From the IMG/VR virus record IMGVR_UViG_3300026068_000006, positions 1 to 62,259 of that record: 62,259 nt of DNA, one strand, 5' to 3'. Made by a program: the position numbers and the translations under genes. Shown here one piece after another: positions 18,130 to 26,743 of this stretch. This stretch comes from a virus (lineage: Duplodnaviria; Caudoviricetes). The notes beneath the pieces were generated by a model. It did not search any database. It saw only the letters and a program-made list of their open reading frames with translations, and was not told where the DNA came from. Positions within the stretch are counted from its first letter, which is position 1. Each line of letters begins with the position of its first letter.

Positions 18130-18531
18130 ATGGAAAAAATTCATAAAAGTGATTTCCCGGCCGAATTTCGGTTGGATACAGATCATCCCGTGTTTGTCGC
18201 CCGCTTTGACAAATATATCAAGGTAAGCACTATCGCCCTCGTTGTAGCAGAATTACAAACTGGCATAAGACTGGTTTCATTACTTCTCCAAAACGTAAAA
18301 CCAGCCACTCCGGACCAGTTTGACGATCTAGTTAGACGCAGAGTTTGTCTTTTGGAGGCTATAAACAATGTGGATACATCTTGTTACAGGATGTATATAG
18401 ACCAGTTTACCAACGTGGAAGCTGCTCTAAACGCTTGCGAGTTCCCCGATGCGCAAGTGATCAGTTTTGTCAAAACCGGAGGGGGACATGACGAAGACCC
18501 TGTTCGTAGTGTACTTGTCATAAAGGTGTAG
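18130..18531 (+). CDS. Hypothetical cassette protein
   Basis: Bounded by repeat B and repeat A. Confidence 0.85.
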   Translation: MEKIHKSDFPAEFRLDTDHPVFVARFDKYIKVSTIALVVAELQTGIRLVSLLLQNVKPATPDQFDDLVRRRVCLLEAINNVDTSCYRMYIDQFTNVEAALNACEFPDAQVISFVKTGGGHDEDPVRSVLVIKV

Positions 18532-18533
18532 CG

Positions 18534-18588
18534 TTTAATCACAAATTTTAGTCGCTCATCCCCTGAGCGACTGAGATATGTGGTTAAA
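18534..18588 (+). repeat. Hairpin repeat A copy 3
   Basis: Loop TCCCC; compensatory changes in both stems. Confidence 0.92.
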
Positions 18589-18623
18589 TTATTAGTGCCC
18601 CGTAAGGGCCAAAGGAAAACAAG

Positions 18624-19460
18624 ATGAATGATGAACATTTGAAGATTTTGAAATCAGGCGTCACCACTTGGAACGCCTGGCGGAAAGCGAACCCGGATAT
18701 TATTCCGGATTTGAGTATGGCCAATCTGGAAGGGGCCGATCTGGGCAACGTCAATTTGACTAGAGTCTGTCTGGCCTGGGCCAATCTACGCGGGGCCAAT
18801 CTACGCGGCGCCAAATTGAATGGGGCCATTTTGGTCGGGGCTAATTTGCACGGCGCCAATTTGAGTGAGGCCAATTTGAGCGAGACCAATTTGGAAGGGG
18901 CCAATCTGAGGGAGGTTAATCTGGCCGAGGCCAAACTATATAGGGTCAATCTACGCAGGGCCAATTTAAGTGGGGCCAATTTAAGTGGGGCCAAGCTGAC
19001 CGATGCTGATTTGTGCGAGGCCAATTTGAGCGATACTGATTTGAGATCGGCCTATCTGTATAGGGCCGATCTGGGCGAGGCCGATCTTGGCCGGGCCGAC
19101 TTGACCAGAGCCAACTTGGGTAGGGCCAATTTGGTTGGGGCCAAGCTACACAGGGCCAAGCTACACAGGGCCAATCTGCGCAGGGCCAGCTTGAGCGAGG
19201 CCAATCTGCGCGAGGCCAACTTGAGCGAGGCCGATTTGAGTTGGGCCGATCTGGGCCAGGTTGACTTTAGTGCGGCCAAGTTAAGCGAGGTCAATTTGTA
19301 CAAGGCCGATTTGAGCGGGGCCAACTTGAGTAATGCCGATTTAAGCGGAGCCGATTTGAGTGTAGTCAATTTTGTCGGGACAAACTTAAGCGGGGCTAAT
19401 TTGACCGGCGTAAATTACTCTAATCAGACAATTTGGCCGGACGGGTTTACGTTAGTTTAG
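18624..19460 (+). CDS. Pentapeptide-repeat protein 1
   Basis: A(N/D)Lxx repeats; N-cap GVTTWNAWR; C-cap TIWPDGFTLV. Confidence 0.95.
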   Translation: MNDEHLKILKSGVTTWNAWRKANPDIIPDLSMANLEGADLGNVNLTRVCLAWANLRGANLRGAKLNGAILVGANLHGANLSEANLSETNLEGANLREVNLAEAKLYRVNLRRANLSGANLSGAKLTDADLCEANLSDTDLRSAYLYRADLGEADLGRADLTRANLGRANLVGAKLHRAKLHRANLRRASLSEANLREANLSEADLSWADLGQVDFSAAKLSEVNLYKADLSGANLSNADLSGADLSVVNFVGTNLSGANLTGVNYSNQTIWPDGFTLV

Positions 19461-19502
19461 TGGCAAAATTATTTATGGCCCACAAGGGCCGAAGGGGAAG
19501 AA

Positions 19503-19934
19503 ATGAACGTTGAACATTTGGAAAAATTGGAAGCGGGCATCACTACTTGGAACGCCTGGCGGCTAGAAAATTCGGGCGTTATCCCGGATTTGGCCGGGGC
19601 TGATCTGCGCGAGGTCGATCTGAGCGAGGTCGATCTGGAAGGGACTGATCTGATTGGGGCTAATCTACACAGGGCCAATCTGCGCAGGGCCGATCTGCGC
19701 GGGGCCAATTTGAATAAAGCCAATTTAACCTGGGCCAAATTGGAAGGAGCGGACCTGAGCTGGGCCAACCTTAGCAACGCTGATTTAAGTGGAGCCAATT
19801 TGGACGGTGCCAATTTGTACAGGGCTGATCTGCGCGGGGCCAATCTGCGTAGAGCCGACTTAAACGGGGCCAATTTGACCGGCGTAAATCATTCTACTCG
19901 GACAATTTGGCCAGATGGGTTCACGTTAGTTTAG
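19503..19934 (+). CDS. Pentapeptide-repeat protein 2
   Basis: Same caps as protein 1, fewer repeats. Confidence 0.95.
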   Translation: MNVEHLEKLEAGITTWNAWRLENSGVIPDLAGADLREVDLSEVDLEGTDLIGANLHRANLRRADLRGANLNKANLTWAKLEGADLSWANLSNADLSGANLDGANLYRADLRGANLRRADLNGANLTGVNHSTRTIWPDGFTLV

Positions 19935-19980
19935 CCTTAAAATTATTTATGGCCCATTAGGGTCAAAGGAATAAAGAATA

Positions 19981-20301
19981 ATGAAAAAAATAGATAGGGC
20001 GCGCAAAGAGACTGAAAGTCTGGCCCGCTTTTTGGAAAAGCGAGAATGGATTAACGCAGACAAATTGCCTCTTGTCTTCGAGGAGGCAGCCGATACAATA
20101 GCGAAAATTGAATTTTTCGCTATTACTAATACGATAGCAAAACTGGAGAAATATTTAGCGGAGGCCCGTGGCTGGGCCGAAAATAAACAGACTGGCATGA
20201 ATGGTCAACCACTCAGGATAAATAAAAAAGAACAGGAAAAAGCCAGAGCAGAAGCGAATAGGATTGAAAGAACTATCGCTAAACTCAGGGAGCTTATATG
20301 A
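19981..20301 (+). CDS. Hypothetical helical protein
   Basis: Starts behind repeat B. Confidence 0.8.
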   Translation: MKKIDRARKETESLARFLEKREWINADKLPLVFEEAADTIAKIEFFAITNTIAKLEKYLAEARGWAENKQTGMNGQPLRINKKEQEKARAEANRIERTIAKLRELI

Positions 20302-20525
20302 TATGGCAGCACAACCGTGAAAGAGGGCGTGGGCGTATACATCTAGTCACATCGGACGGCCGGTTGTTTTGTACTAATCGACAAATTGCCCAGCCTCTTT
20401 TGTGGTCTAAAATAGATCATGTCAATAGCATTTTTTTTAGAAATTGGGCTTGTAGAAAATGCTTGTCCAAGTATTTAATAGGTCCACAAGGGCCGAAGGA
20501 GCAAAATGAACACCGAACATTATAA
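20298..20525 (+). CDS. Hypothetical Zn-binding protein
   Basis: IH...LFC...ACRKC, same pattern as 17024; ATGA overlap. Confidence 0.65.
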   Translation: MIWQHNRERGRGRIHLVTSDGRLFCTNRQIAQPLLWSKIDHVNSIFFRNWACRKCLSKYLIGPQGPKEQNEHRTL

Positions 20526-21465
20526 CGTTTTAAGGTCTGGCATAGGAGTTTGGAACGCCTGGCGACGGGCCAATCCACATATAGCCCCGGATTTGAGCGA
20601 GGCGGATTTGAGCGAGGTTGATCTGACCAGGGCTGATTTGCGTTGGGCCAAGTTGCACGGGGCCAATCTGAGCGAGGCCAATCTAGCTGACGCCAATCTG
20701 AGCGACACCGATCTTAGCTTCGCCAATCTTGATTTGGCCAAGCTACACAGGGCCAATCTGCGTAAGGCCGATTTGTTCAGGGCCAATCTACGCAGAGCCG
20801 ATTTGAGCGAGGCCAATTTGTTCAGAGCCAACTTACACGGGGCCGATCTGCATGAAGCCATTTTACACAGGGCCATTTTGCACGAATCCAACCTTAGTGA
20901 GGCAGATTTGACCGGAGTTGATTTAAGCGAGGCTGGTATCAGGGCCAACTTAAAAAGGGCCGATTTGTACAAAGCTGATTTAAGCGAGGCTGACCTGAGT
21001 GGGGCTATTCTTATCGAGACCGATATAATTGAGACCAATTTGTACAAGGCAAATTTGAGTAAAGCGGAATTGTGTGGGGCTGATTTACGCAGAGCCGGAT
21101 TGTCTGGCGCCGACTTGCACAAAGCCAACTTGTTTCAAGTCAACCTGACCGAGGCTGATTTGGGCGGGGCCAATCTAAGTGATGTTGACTTGGGCGGGGC
21201 CAACTTGAGTAATGCCAATCTAAACAGGGCCAATTTAAGCAGGGCCAATCTAACCGGGACGAACTTAAGCGGGGTTAAAGGTATCGTTGTCTCTCTTGAT
21301 CAGCACGGGCATACACTGGTCAGTTGGCAGCATGGCGAGGCTGTAGGTTTTACGGCCGGCTGTCACTCTTTTGCTACCGCCAGAGAAGCGATAATTTACT
21401 GGGAAGTGGCCGACTGTTCGTATTTAGAATTCATAGATTTCCACCTTAAATGTTGGCTAGATTAA
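20506..21465 (+). CDS. Pentapeptide-repeat protein 3 with an alternative C-terminal domain (DUF5758-like)
   Basis: Repeats followed by GHTLVSWQHGEAVGFTAGCHSF. Confidence 0.93.
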   Translation: MNTEHYNVLRSGIGVWNAWRRANPHIAPDLSEADLSEVDLTRADLRWAKLHGANLSEANLADANLSDTDLSFANLDLAKLHRANLRKADLFRANLRRADLSEANLFRANLHGADLHEAILHRAILHESNLSEADLTGVDLSEAGIRANLKRADLYKADLSEADLSGAILIETDIIETNLYKANLSKAELCGADLRRAGLSGADLHKANLFQVNLTEADLGGANLSDVDLGGANLSNANLNRANLSRANLTGTNLSGVKGIVVSLDQHGHTLVSWQHGEAVGFTAGCHSFATAREAIIYWEVADCSYLEFIDFHLKCWLD

Positions 21466-21523
21466 AATATCGTAAATAATGTCCTTGCCCTATTGACATT
21501 ATTTACGATATGGTATATAATAG
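21461..21523 (+). promoter_or_regulatory. Repeated promoter P copy 2
   Basis: Perfect 17-bp inverted repeat 21467-21483 / 21495-21511; TTGACA 21493, TATAAT 21516. Confidence 0.92.
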
Positions 21524-21558
21524 AACTAGAAGTTAATTATTATTAAACAGGTCACAAA

Positions 21559-21792
21559 ATGAAACTTACCCCAAGTCAACTGAAGGCAATAGACGAGCAG
21601 AAACGGATTATTAAGCTGGTTCATCCAGATGCGGAATTCACGATCTGGAAACCAGCAAAAACAGATTTGACCAGACTGATTGCTGTCTGGCGGGCGAAAA
21701 ACCCGTTAGGCAGAACCATAAGCCAGTCGCAGGCTTGGACAGTAGGAAAAAGGGGTAAACTGAGCGACATTGCGACAGCGGTGACGCGATGA
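21559..21792 (+). CDS. Hypothetical protein
   Basis: First ORF after promoter P2. Confidence 0.7.
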   Translation: MKLTPSQLKAIDEQKRIIKLVHPDAEFTIWKPAKTDLTRLIAVWRAKNPLGRTISQSQAWTVGKRGKLSDIATAVTR

Positions 21793-21936
21793 ATATTGAT
21801 ACAAAGGTGCGTTTTTTGCGATTCTGAGCATTGCCGCTTCGTTCGCCGTCATAACCCGCCTATTGGGATTATACGGCGCGGTTGGATTTATTTTGTTCGC
21901 AACCGTTTTGTTATTGGGCGTTTTTAGGGAGATACT

Positions 21937-22815
21937 GTGATCAAAAAGGGGGACATTCGCATAATAGCTCCCCGATTGGCCAGTCAATCAGTGAACTGTA
22001 TCGTGACCAGCCCCCCATATTGGGGATTGCGCGATTATGGACATGCTGACCAAATTGGGCTTGAGCCAACGCCGGAAGCATACGTGCAAACAATGGTCGG
22101 CGTCTTTGGGGAATTGCATCGCGTACTGAGAGATGACGGCACGCTGTGGCTAAATCTGGGAGATACGTTTGTCGCCAAAAACCTTGTTGGCATCCCCTGG
22201 CGGGTGGCCCTGGCCTTGCAAGCGGATGGGTGGTATCTGCGGAGCGATATTATATGGAGTAAGCCCAATTGTATGCCGGAGAGCGTAACAGACCGCCCTA
22301 CAAAAGCTCACGAATATTTATTTCTATTGAGCAAGACAGAATCGTATTACTACGACCAGGATGCGATCAGAGAGCCTAATTCAATGAATCGGCCCCGCAA
22401 AAATCGAAACAATTCGACTACCTTTAAGCGCAACGGCTCAAAGCGCGAACAAACAATACCGGGGCAAGGTTACGGCACCCATCGGCCGGATAGAAGCGAT
22501 ACGGACTACAATCCACTTGGCCGAAATAAACGGTCCGTATGGGAAGTCAGTCTGAGAGCCTATGGCGGTGCGCATTTCGCAGTCTTTCCGCCTGATTTAA
22601 TCGAGCCGTGTATCCTGGCCGGTTGTCCTCCTGGGGGGATCGTGCTTGATCCATTTTTTGGCAGTGGCACAGTAGGACAGGTGGCCATAAAAACCGGTCG
22701 CAATTGGCTTGGAATTGAAATAAACTCGGATTATATCAAGCTGGCAGAGGAACGGATAAACGGTACCCAATTGCCTTTAATAGTACCCGGTTCTGAGGCG
22801 AACAAGCTGTGCTAA
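21937..22815 (+). CDS. DNA N4-C/N6-A methyltransferase (beta class)
   Basis: VTSPPYW, IIWSKPNCMP, HFAVFP, LDPFFGSGT. Confidence 0.93.
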   Translation: MIKKGDIRIIAPRLASQSVNCIVTSPPYWGLRDYGHADQIGLEPTPEAYVQTMVGVFGELHRVLRDDGTLWLNLGDTFVAKNLVGIPWRVALALQADGWYLRSDIIWSKPNCMPESVTDRPTKAHEYLFLLSKTESYYYDQDAIREPNSMNRPRKNRNNSTTFKRNGSKREQTIPGQGYGTHRPDRSDTDYNPLGRNKRSVWEVSLRAYGGAHFAVFPPDLIEPCILAGCPPGGIVLDPFFGSGTVGQVAIKTGRNWLGIEINSDYIKLAEERINGTQLPLIVPGSEANKLC

Positions 22816-22831
22816 ATCTGTAGAACGCCAG

Positions 22832-22892
22832 ATTAAAATATCGTAAATATTGTCTTTTCCCTATTGACAATATTTACGAACTGGTATATAAT
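22832..22892 (+). promoter_or_regulatory. Repeated promoter P copy 3
   Basis: 14-bp inverted repeat 22841-22854 / 22866-22879; TTGACA 22864, TATAAT 22887. Confidence 0.92.
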
Positions 22893-22944
22893 ATATTTAT
22901 AAATAGATTGATTAACTGGCTCTAATGGGCCAAAGGAGAACAAG

Positions 22945-23178
22945 ATGGATAACATAAGAAAAGAACAAGAAAAATTTATGGTTCGGCTGGAAAAAATCCT
23001 CACCCGAATGGGAGAGGATGACTTATTAGATTACCGGGCGAACGAGGCCGTTTGGATCGCCCAGTATGGGCCAGATGATCATCTGGCGATCCGGGCGAAC
23101 GAGGCCGAAACCCGAGGCACGGGCCACTTCCATCATCTAAAATGGCGGAAGGACCGAGAAGAGCTACCGAAGGTTTAG
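22945..23178 (+). CDS. Hypothetical cassette protein (starts MDNIR)
   Basis: Repeat B start; stop supplied by repeat A. Confidence 0.8.
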   Translation: MDNIRKEQEKFMVRLEKILTRMGEDDLLDYRANEAVWIAQYGPDDHLAIRANEAETRGTGHFHHLKWRKDREELPKV

Positions 23179-23227
23179 CCCCAAGTTTTAGCCGCCCAGT
23201 CTTGGGCGGCTAAGATGTGAGACTAAA
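23174..23227 (+). repeat. Hairpin repeat A copy 4
   Basis: Loop GTCT. Confidence 0.93.
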
Positions 23228-23264
23228 TTATTAGCTGGCCCGTGATGGGCCAAAGGAGAACAAG

Positions 23265-23516
23265 ATGGATAACATAAGATTAACAATGGTTTACAATCGG
23301 CAGATAAGCGATATGCCGGGATCGACCGGCACCATCCGTATTGTTTGCGGGCACTGTATTGACCAAGATCCAATTGCGACTCTTGGGTTCGATGTTGAAT
23401 GTGAGCTTTTAGATGGTAGACCTTGGCGAGAAGTTGTTGCCAAGAAGTTGGGGGAAGACCCCAGGTGGCGGTATCGGCCCCATACAAACTGTCGGCACAC
23501 CAAAGGGTTCGTTTAG
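23265..23516 (+). CDS. Hypothetical cassette protein (starts MDNIR)
   Basis: Repeat B start; stop supplied by repeat A. Confidence 0.8.
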   Translation: MDNIRLTMVYNRQISDMPGSTGTIRIVCGHCIDQDPIATLGFDVECELLDGRPWREVVAKKLGEDPRWRYRPHTNCRHTKGFV

Positions 23517-23565
23517 CCCCAAGTTTTAGCCGCCCAAGACTGGGCGGCTAAGATGTGAGACTAAA
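23512..23565 (+). repeat. Hairpin repeat A copy 5
   Basis: Identical to copy 4 except the loop, AGAC. Confidence 0.93.
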
Positions 23566-23601
23566 CAATTATCAGGCCCAAGCGGGCAGAAGGAGAATAA
23601 A

Positions 23602-23796
23602 ATGAAAGTCGAAGAATGTATCAAGAATTTAATTGCCGACACAAGCGCCGGGGGGAAAGGGTACGCCAATGCGTGCCAATTGTGGAGGGGTTTTGGTGAT
23701 ATGGGCCAGCGACCCTACGGCTGGTGGCTAAAGCCGTTTGGAGAAACAGCCCGTTTTATTGGGCGAAGCTGGAAAGAGATCAAGGCCGATTGGTAA
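23602..23796 (+). CDS. Hypothetical cassette protein
   Basis: Repeat B start. Confidence 0.8.
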   Translation: MKVEECIKNLIADTSAGGKGYANACQLWRGFGDMGQRPYGWWLKPFGETARFIGRSWKEIKADW

Positions 23797-23801
23797 TTTT
23801 G

Positions 23802-23866
23802 TGAGGGGGTTAATCTCCCCTCCTGCCCGGTAGCCTCAGAGCCAGGCAGAAGCGGGGATTACAACC
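23802..23866 (+). ncRNA. Structured intergenic RNA candidate with a possible pseudoknot
   Basis: Bulged stem GGTT-AATC-CCC-CTGCC / GGCAG-GGGG-ATT-AACC. Loop CCTCA is complementary to upstream TGAGG. Confidence 0.4.
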
Positions 23867-23904
23867 GCTAATTAACAGGTCCATAAGGGCCGAAGGAAAT
23901 AAAA

Positions 23905-24210
23905 ATGGCAACGCAAAAACTAACTCGAAGGTCACGTAAATTTGGATGGGGATATTCATTTACTCCTATCCGAAACACCTGTGACATTACCCGGCCATCG
24001 AAGCCGGATTATGAAGGGACGGTTAGACAGGTATTAAATTGCATCTCGTCTGACCGTACATGGAACGCCAATCGGTCAGCGTTCTCAAGTGCGCAATTTT
24101 TCTTGGACGGAAAGCCTATTTATTTTATAAGCGAATTTGATCTTGACGATCTTTTGGACGGAAGGACTGACGAGATCGAAGTGGCCTATATAAAGGCCGA
24201 AGGAGAATAA
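23905..24210 (+). CDS. Hypothetical cassette protein
   Basis: Repeat B start. Confidence 0.8.
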   Translation: MATQKLTRRSRKFGWGYSFTPIRNTCDITRPSKPDYEGTVRQVLNCISSDRTWNANRSAFSSAQFFLDGKPIYFISEFDLDDLLDGRTDEIEVAYIKAEGE

Positions 24211-24211
24211 G

Positions 24212-24487
24212 ATGAACAAATTTGTAAAAATGAGTAGAGAAGAACGCCGTTCCACTCGTTTTAATGGGGACGAAATCCTGATCGGAGAGGTCGATGGTAA
24301 CATTGTTACTGTCGGTCCAGACGCTGACGGGACAGGGACGGCGGTGTTTATTCAGATCGGATCATTGCCGGCCGTGAATTGTTTTGGGAACGAAACTGGT
24401 CGCTCCCTCTTGGAAGAATGGAGAGCCGGAAATCTGTGGGTAGAACAAGAGGGCTACCATAGAGGTAGTACGTTTGCGGGCATATAA
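24212..24487 (+). CDS. Hypothetical cassette protein
   Basis: Repeat B-like start. Confidence 0.8.
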   Translation: MNKFVKMSREERRSTRFNGDEILIGEVDGNIVTVGPDADGTGTAVFIQIGSLPAVNCFGNETGRSLLEEWRAGNLWVEQEGYHRGSTFAGI

Positions 24488-24581
24488 GCCCAATTTCTAG
24501 GGGCATGCCATAGCAGCATGCTCCCCGCCGGCGCAGCGGGGACGTAAGCCATAGCCGTCCTGAGCAAGACGTTAAAAGGCT

Positions 24582-24637
24582 TCTCTAAACCACTGATACC
24601 CGGTCCCAAGTCCGGGATGTGAGAAGTGCGAGGGGAT
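24582..24637 (+). ncRNA. Twister ribozyme-like motif (type P1, imperfect)
   Basis: UAA..CACU..CCGGUCCCAAGUCCGG..AGUG.GAGGG follows the order of twister core elements. P1 and the T2 pseudoknot are weak. Confidence 0.45.
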
Positions 24638-24675
24638 AAATTTAACTGGCCTGTGATGGGCCGAAGGAGAATGAA

Positions 24676-24948
24676 ATGAACAGTGAACAGAAAAGACATG
24701 CGGAAGCGGTCGTGGCCCGCATAGATGGGGCCAACATTCTGCTGGTCGTCAGCGCGATCACAGATCAGTCGCCGGCTGGCGTCGTCGCAGCCCGCATAGT
24801 TGAGGCCGACATTCTGCTAGATCGACTGTTTTTACAGTCGATCAGAAGTATGTCTGGATCAGCAGACGGGACTCATCTGCGCTATGCTGATCTGAGCGGG
24901 GCCAGCAATTCCGGGAAATCTCGGATGGGCCGAAGGAGAATAAAATGA
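24676..24948 (+). CDS. Hypothetical protein, degenerate pentapeptide-repeat relic
   Basis: Internal 29-nt duplication; LRYADLSGA fragment. Confidence 0.55.
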   Translation: MNSEQKRHAEAVVARIDGANILLVVSAITDQSPAGVVAARIVEADILLDRLFLQSIRSMSGSADGTHLRYADLSGASNSGKSRMGRRRIK

Positions 24949-25355
24949 CCGAGATGATTATTACAAGAAGCAAATCGGGATTACCCACCGTCACGGAATG
25001 TGGCGGGGGGATGAAAAACACCGGGTACGCTACGATTGTTTGTGGCGCAACCGGTAAGCGGTTAAAACCCCTTTTCGTCCCAAAAGGGCGCTCCAACGGA
25101 GATCACGCGATCTTCGTTGTGATACCCGGCGTCACCCACCTCGTAGGCGCTTCTGTCTCTCGCCAAAAAGAGATCGCTACTATAGAAAAGATTGTCGCCA
25201 TAGATGAGGACGACAATCTTCTCACGGAGATTGTCGGCGAATATGAAAATGGGGATTATGGTAATGTCCCCAATAAATTCAAAGCGGCTGTTCAGGCCGC
25301 AATAAAGAAGGGGCAGTGTTACCACTGCCGAGAAGCGCATTACTTACAAGATTAA
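24945..25355 (+). CDS. Hypothetical phage protein with C-terminal CYHCREAHY
   Basis: Repeat B-type RBS; followed by repeat A. Confidence 0.85.
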   Translation: MTEMIITRSKSGLPTVTECGGGMKNTGYATIVCGATGKRLKPLFVPKGRSNGDHAIFVVIPGVTHLVGASVSRQKEIATIEKIVAIDEDDNLLTEIVGEYENGDYGNVPNKFKAAVQAAIKKGQCYHCREAHYLQD

Positions 25356-25362
25356 GTTTCGA

Positions 25363-25416
25363 TTTAGTCCCAAGTTTCAGTCGCTCAACCCTGGGCGGCT
25401 GAGATGTGTGACTAAA
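25363..25416 (+). repeat. Hairpin repeat A copy 6
   Basis: Loop ACCC. Confidence 0.92.
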
Positions 25417-25435
25417 TCAATTGAAAGGATAAAAA

Positions 25436-25837
25436 ATGCCGAGAATAGCGGGCAGTCCCAAAGGGTTTCTTTCCTCAAAAGAAACCCAAAAAATATTAAA
25501 GATGGGCCGGCAGGCGTTTTGGCAAGCTGGCCTAAGTGAGTTTTTGCAGTATTACAAAATTGGCCAAGTCCGCCTGTATGTCCAGGAGGACGTAATCAAT
25601 ATGCGTCATTATCTCATGATCCAACGGGGTCTGGCGGCGCTTGGTTTGATTACACCATCACCGCCTGCCCCGTTATTGCCGCCGGGAGAGACGGCAAAAG
25701 AGAAGCGCAACTATTTTGATGGTTGGCTAGTAGAGGACTTGTATAGCGTACCATGTCCTCAGTGTGATGGTATGGCGGTCACGAGTCCAGATGAAAACGG
25801 GCCAGTCTGGTGTGAGAAGTGCGGGATAAAAAAATGA
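25436..25837 (+). CDS. MerR/Xis-like HTH protein with C-terminal Zn ribbon
   Basis: FLSSKETQKIL...KIGQVRLYVQEDV; CPQC...CEKC. Confidence 0.6.
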   Translation: MPRIAGSPKGFLSSKETQKILKMGRQAFWQAGLSEFLQYYKIGQVRLYVQEDVINMRHYLMIQRGLAALGLITPSPPAPLLPPGETAKEKRNYFDGWLVEDLYSVPCPQCDGMAVTSPDENGPVWCEKCGIKK

Positions 25838-26682
25838 ATTATGAAATTTTATTAAAATCAGGCGCCGAAAATTGGAACGCCTGGCGGAAGAAAAATTATC
25901 AGATTATTCCTGACCTACGTGGGGCCAATTTGGTTGGGGCCAATCTGGAAGGGACTTATCTGATTGGGGTCAATCTGAGCGAGGCCAACTTGATTGAAGC
26001 TAATTTGTGTAGGTCTTATCTGGCTGAAGTGAATCTAAAAAAAGCCAGCTTGAAAAGAGCCGATTTGGCCGGAGCTTATTTGTATGGGGCCGATCTGAGC
26101 GAGGCCGACCTACGTGGGGCCAATTTGGTCGGGGCCGATCTGTATGGGGCCAACTTGAGTAAAACCGATCTGATTAGGGCCAATTTGCATGAGGCCGATC
26201 TGCATGGGTCCAATTTGCATGAGGCCAACCTGTACAAAGCCGATTTGGGCGAGGCTGATCTAACCGGGTCTAATCTAACAAATGCCAATCTATACGGGGC
26301 CAATCTGGAAAGGGCCAATTTGCATCTGACCAATTTGCCCATGGCCAATCTGATCGGGACCAATCTGGCCATGGCTGATCTGAGTAGTGCCAATCTGACC
26401 GCGGCCAAGCTGCACGAGGCCGATCTGTCCGGGGCTAACTTGAGCGGGGCCAAGATGGTCAGGGTTAAAGGCATTTTTTATACCTCCTTTGATTTACGGG
26501 GATGGACTTTGGTCAGTTGGCGACACAATGAAGTGGTGGGTTTTACGGCCGGTTGCTATTCTTTTACCACCCCGGATGAGGCAAGAGCCCATTGGGGAGC
26601 GCCCGGATATCCAGACAAGAATCGTGGCCAAATGTATCTGGAATGCATCGAATTCCACCTGGCTCGTTGGCAAGAGATTTAA
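25834..26682 (+). CDS. Pentapeptide-repeat protein 4 with the alternative C-terminal domain
   Basis: ATGA overlap; C-terminal GWTLVSWRHNEVVGFTAGCYSF is shared with protein 3. Confidence 0.93.
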   Translation: MNYEILLKSGAENWNAWRKKNYQIIPDLRGANLVGANLEGTYLIGVNLSEANLIEANLCRSYLAEVNLKKASLKRADLAGAYLYGADLSEADLRGANLVGADLYGANLSKTDLIRANLHEADLHGSNLHEANLYKADLGEADLTGSNLTNANLYGANLERANLHLTNLPMANLIGTNLAMADLSSANLTAAKLHEADLSGANLSGAKMVRVKGIFYTSFDLRGWTLVSWRHNEVVGFTAGCYSFTTPDEARAHWGAPGYPDKNRGQMYLECIEFHLARWQEI

Positions 26683-26732
26683 TCCCGGCTTTCAGTCGCT
26701 CATCCTCTGGGCGATTGAGATGTGAGATTAAA
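26678..26732 (+). repeat. Hairpin repeat A copy 7
   Basis: Loop TCCTC; supplies the TAA stop. Confidence 0.92.
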
Positions 26733-26743
26733 TAGAACAAAAC

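Noticed and set aside
24618-25830. TGTGAGAAGTGCG..GGGATAAA shared by the twister-like 3' end and the end of ORF 25436
   Set aside because: Short match; the second copy encodes a CxxC motif, so chance cannot be excluded.
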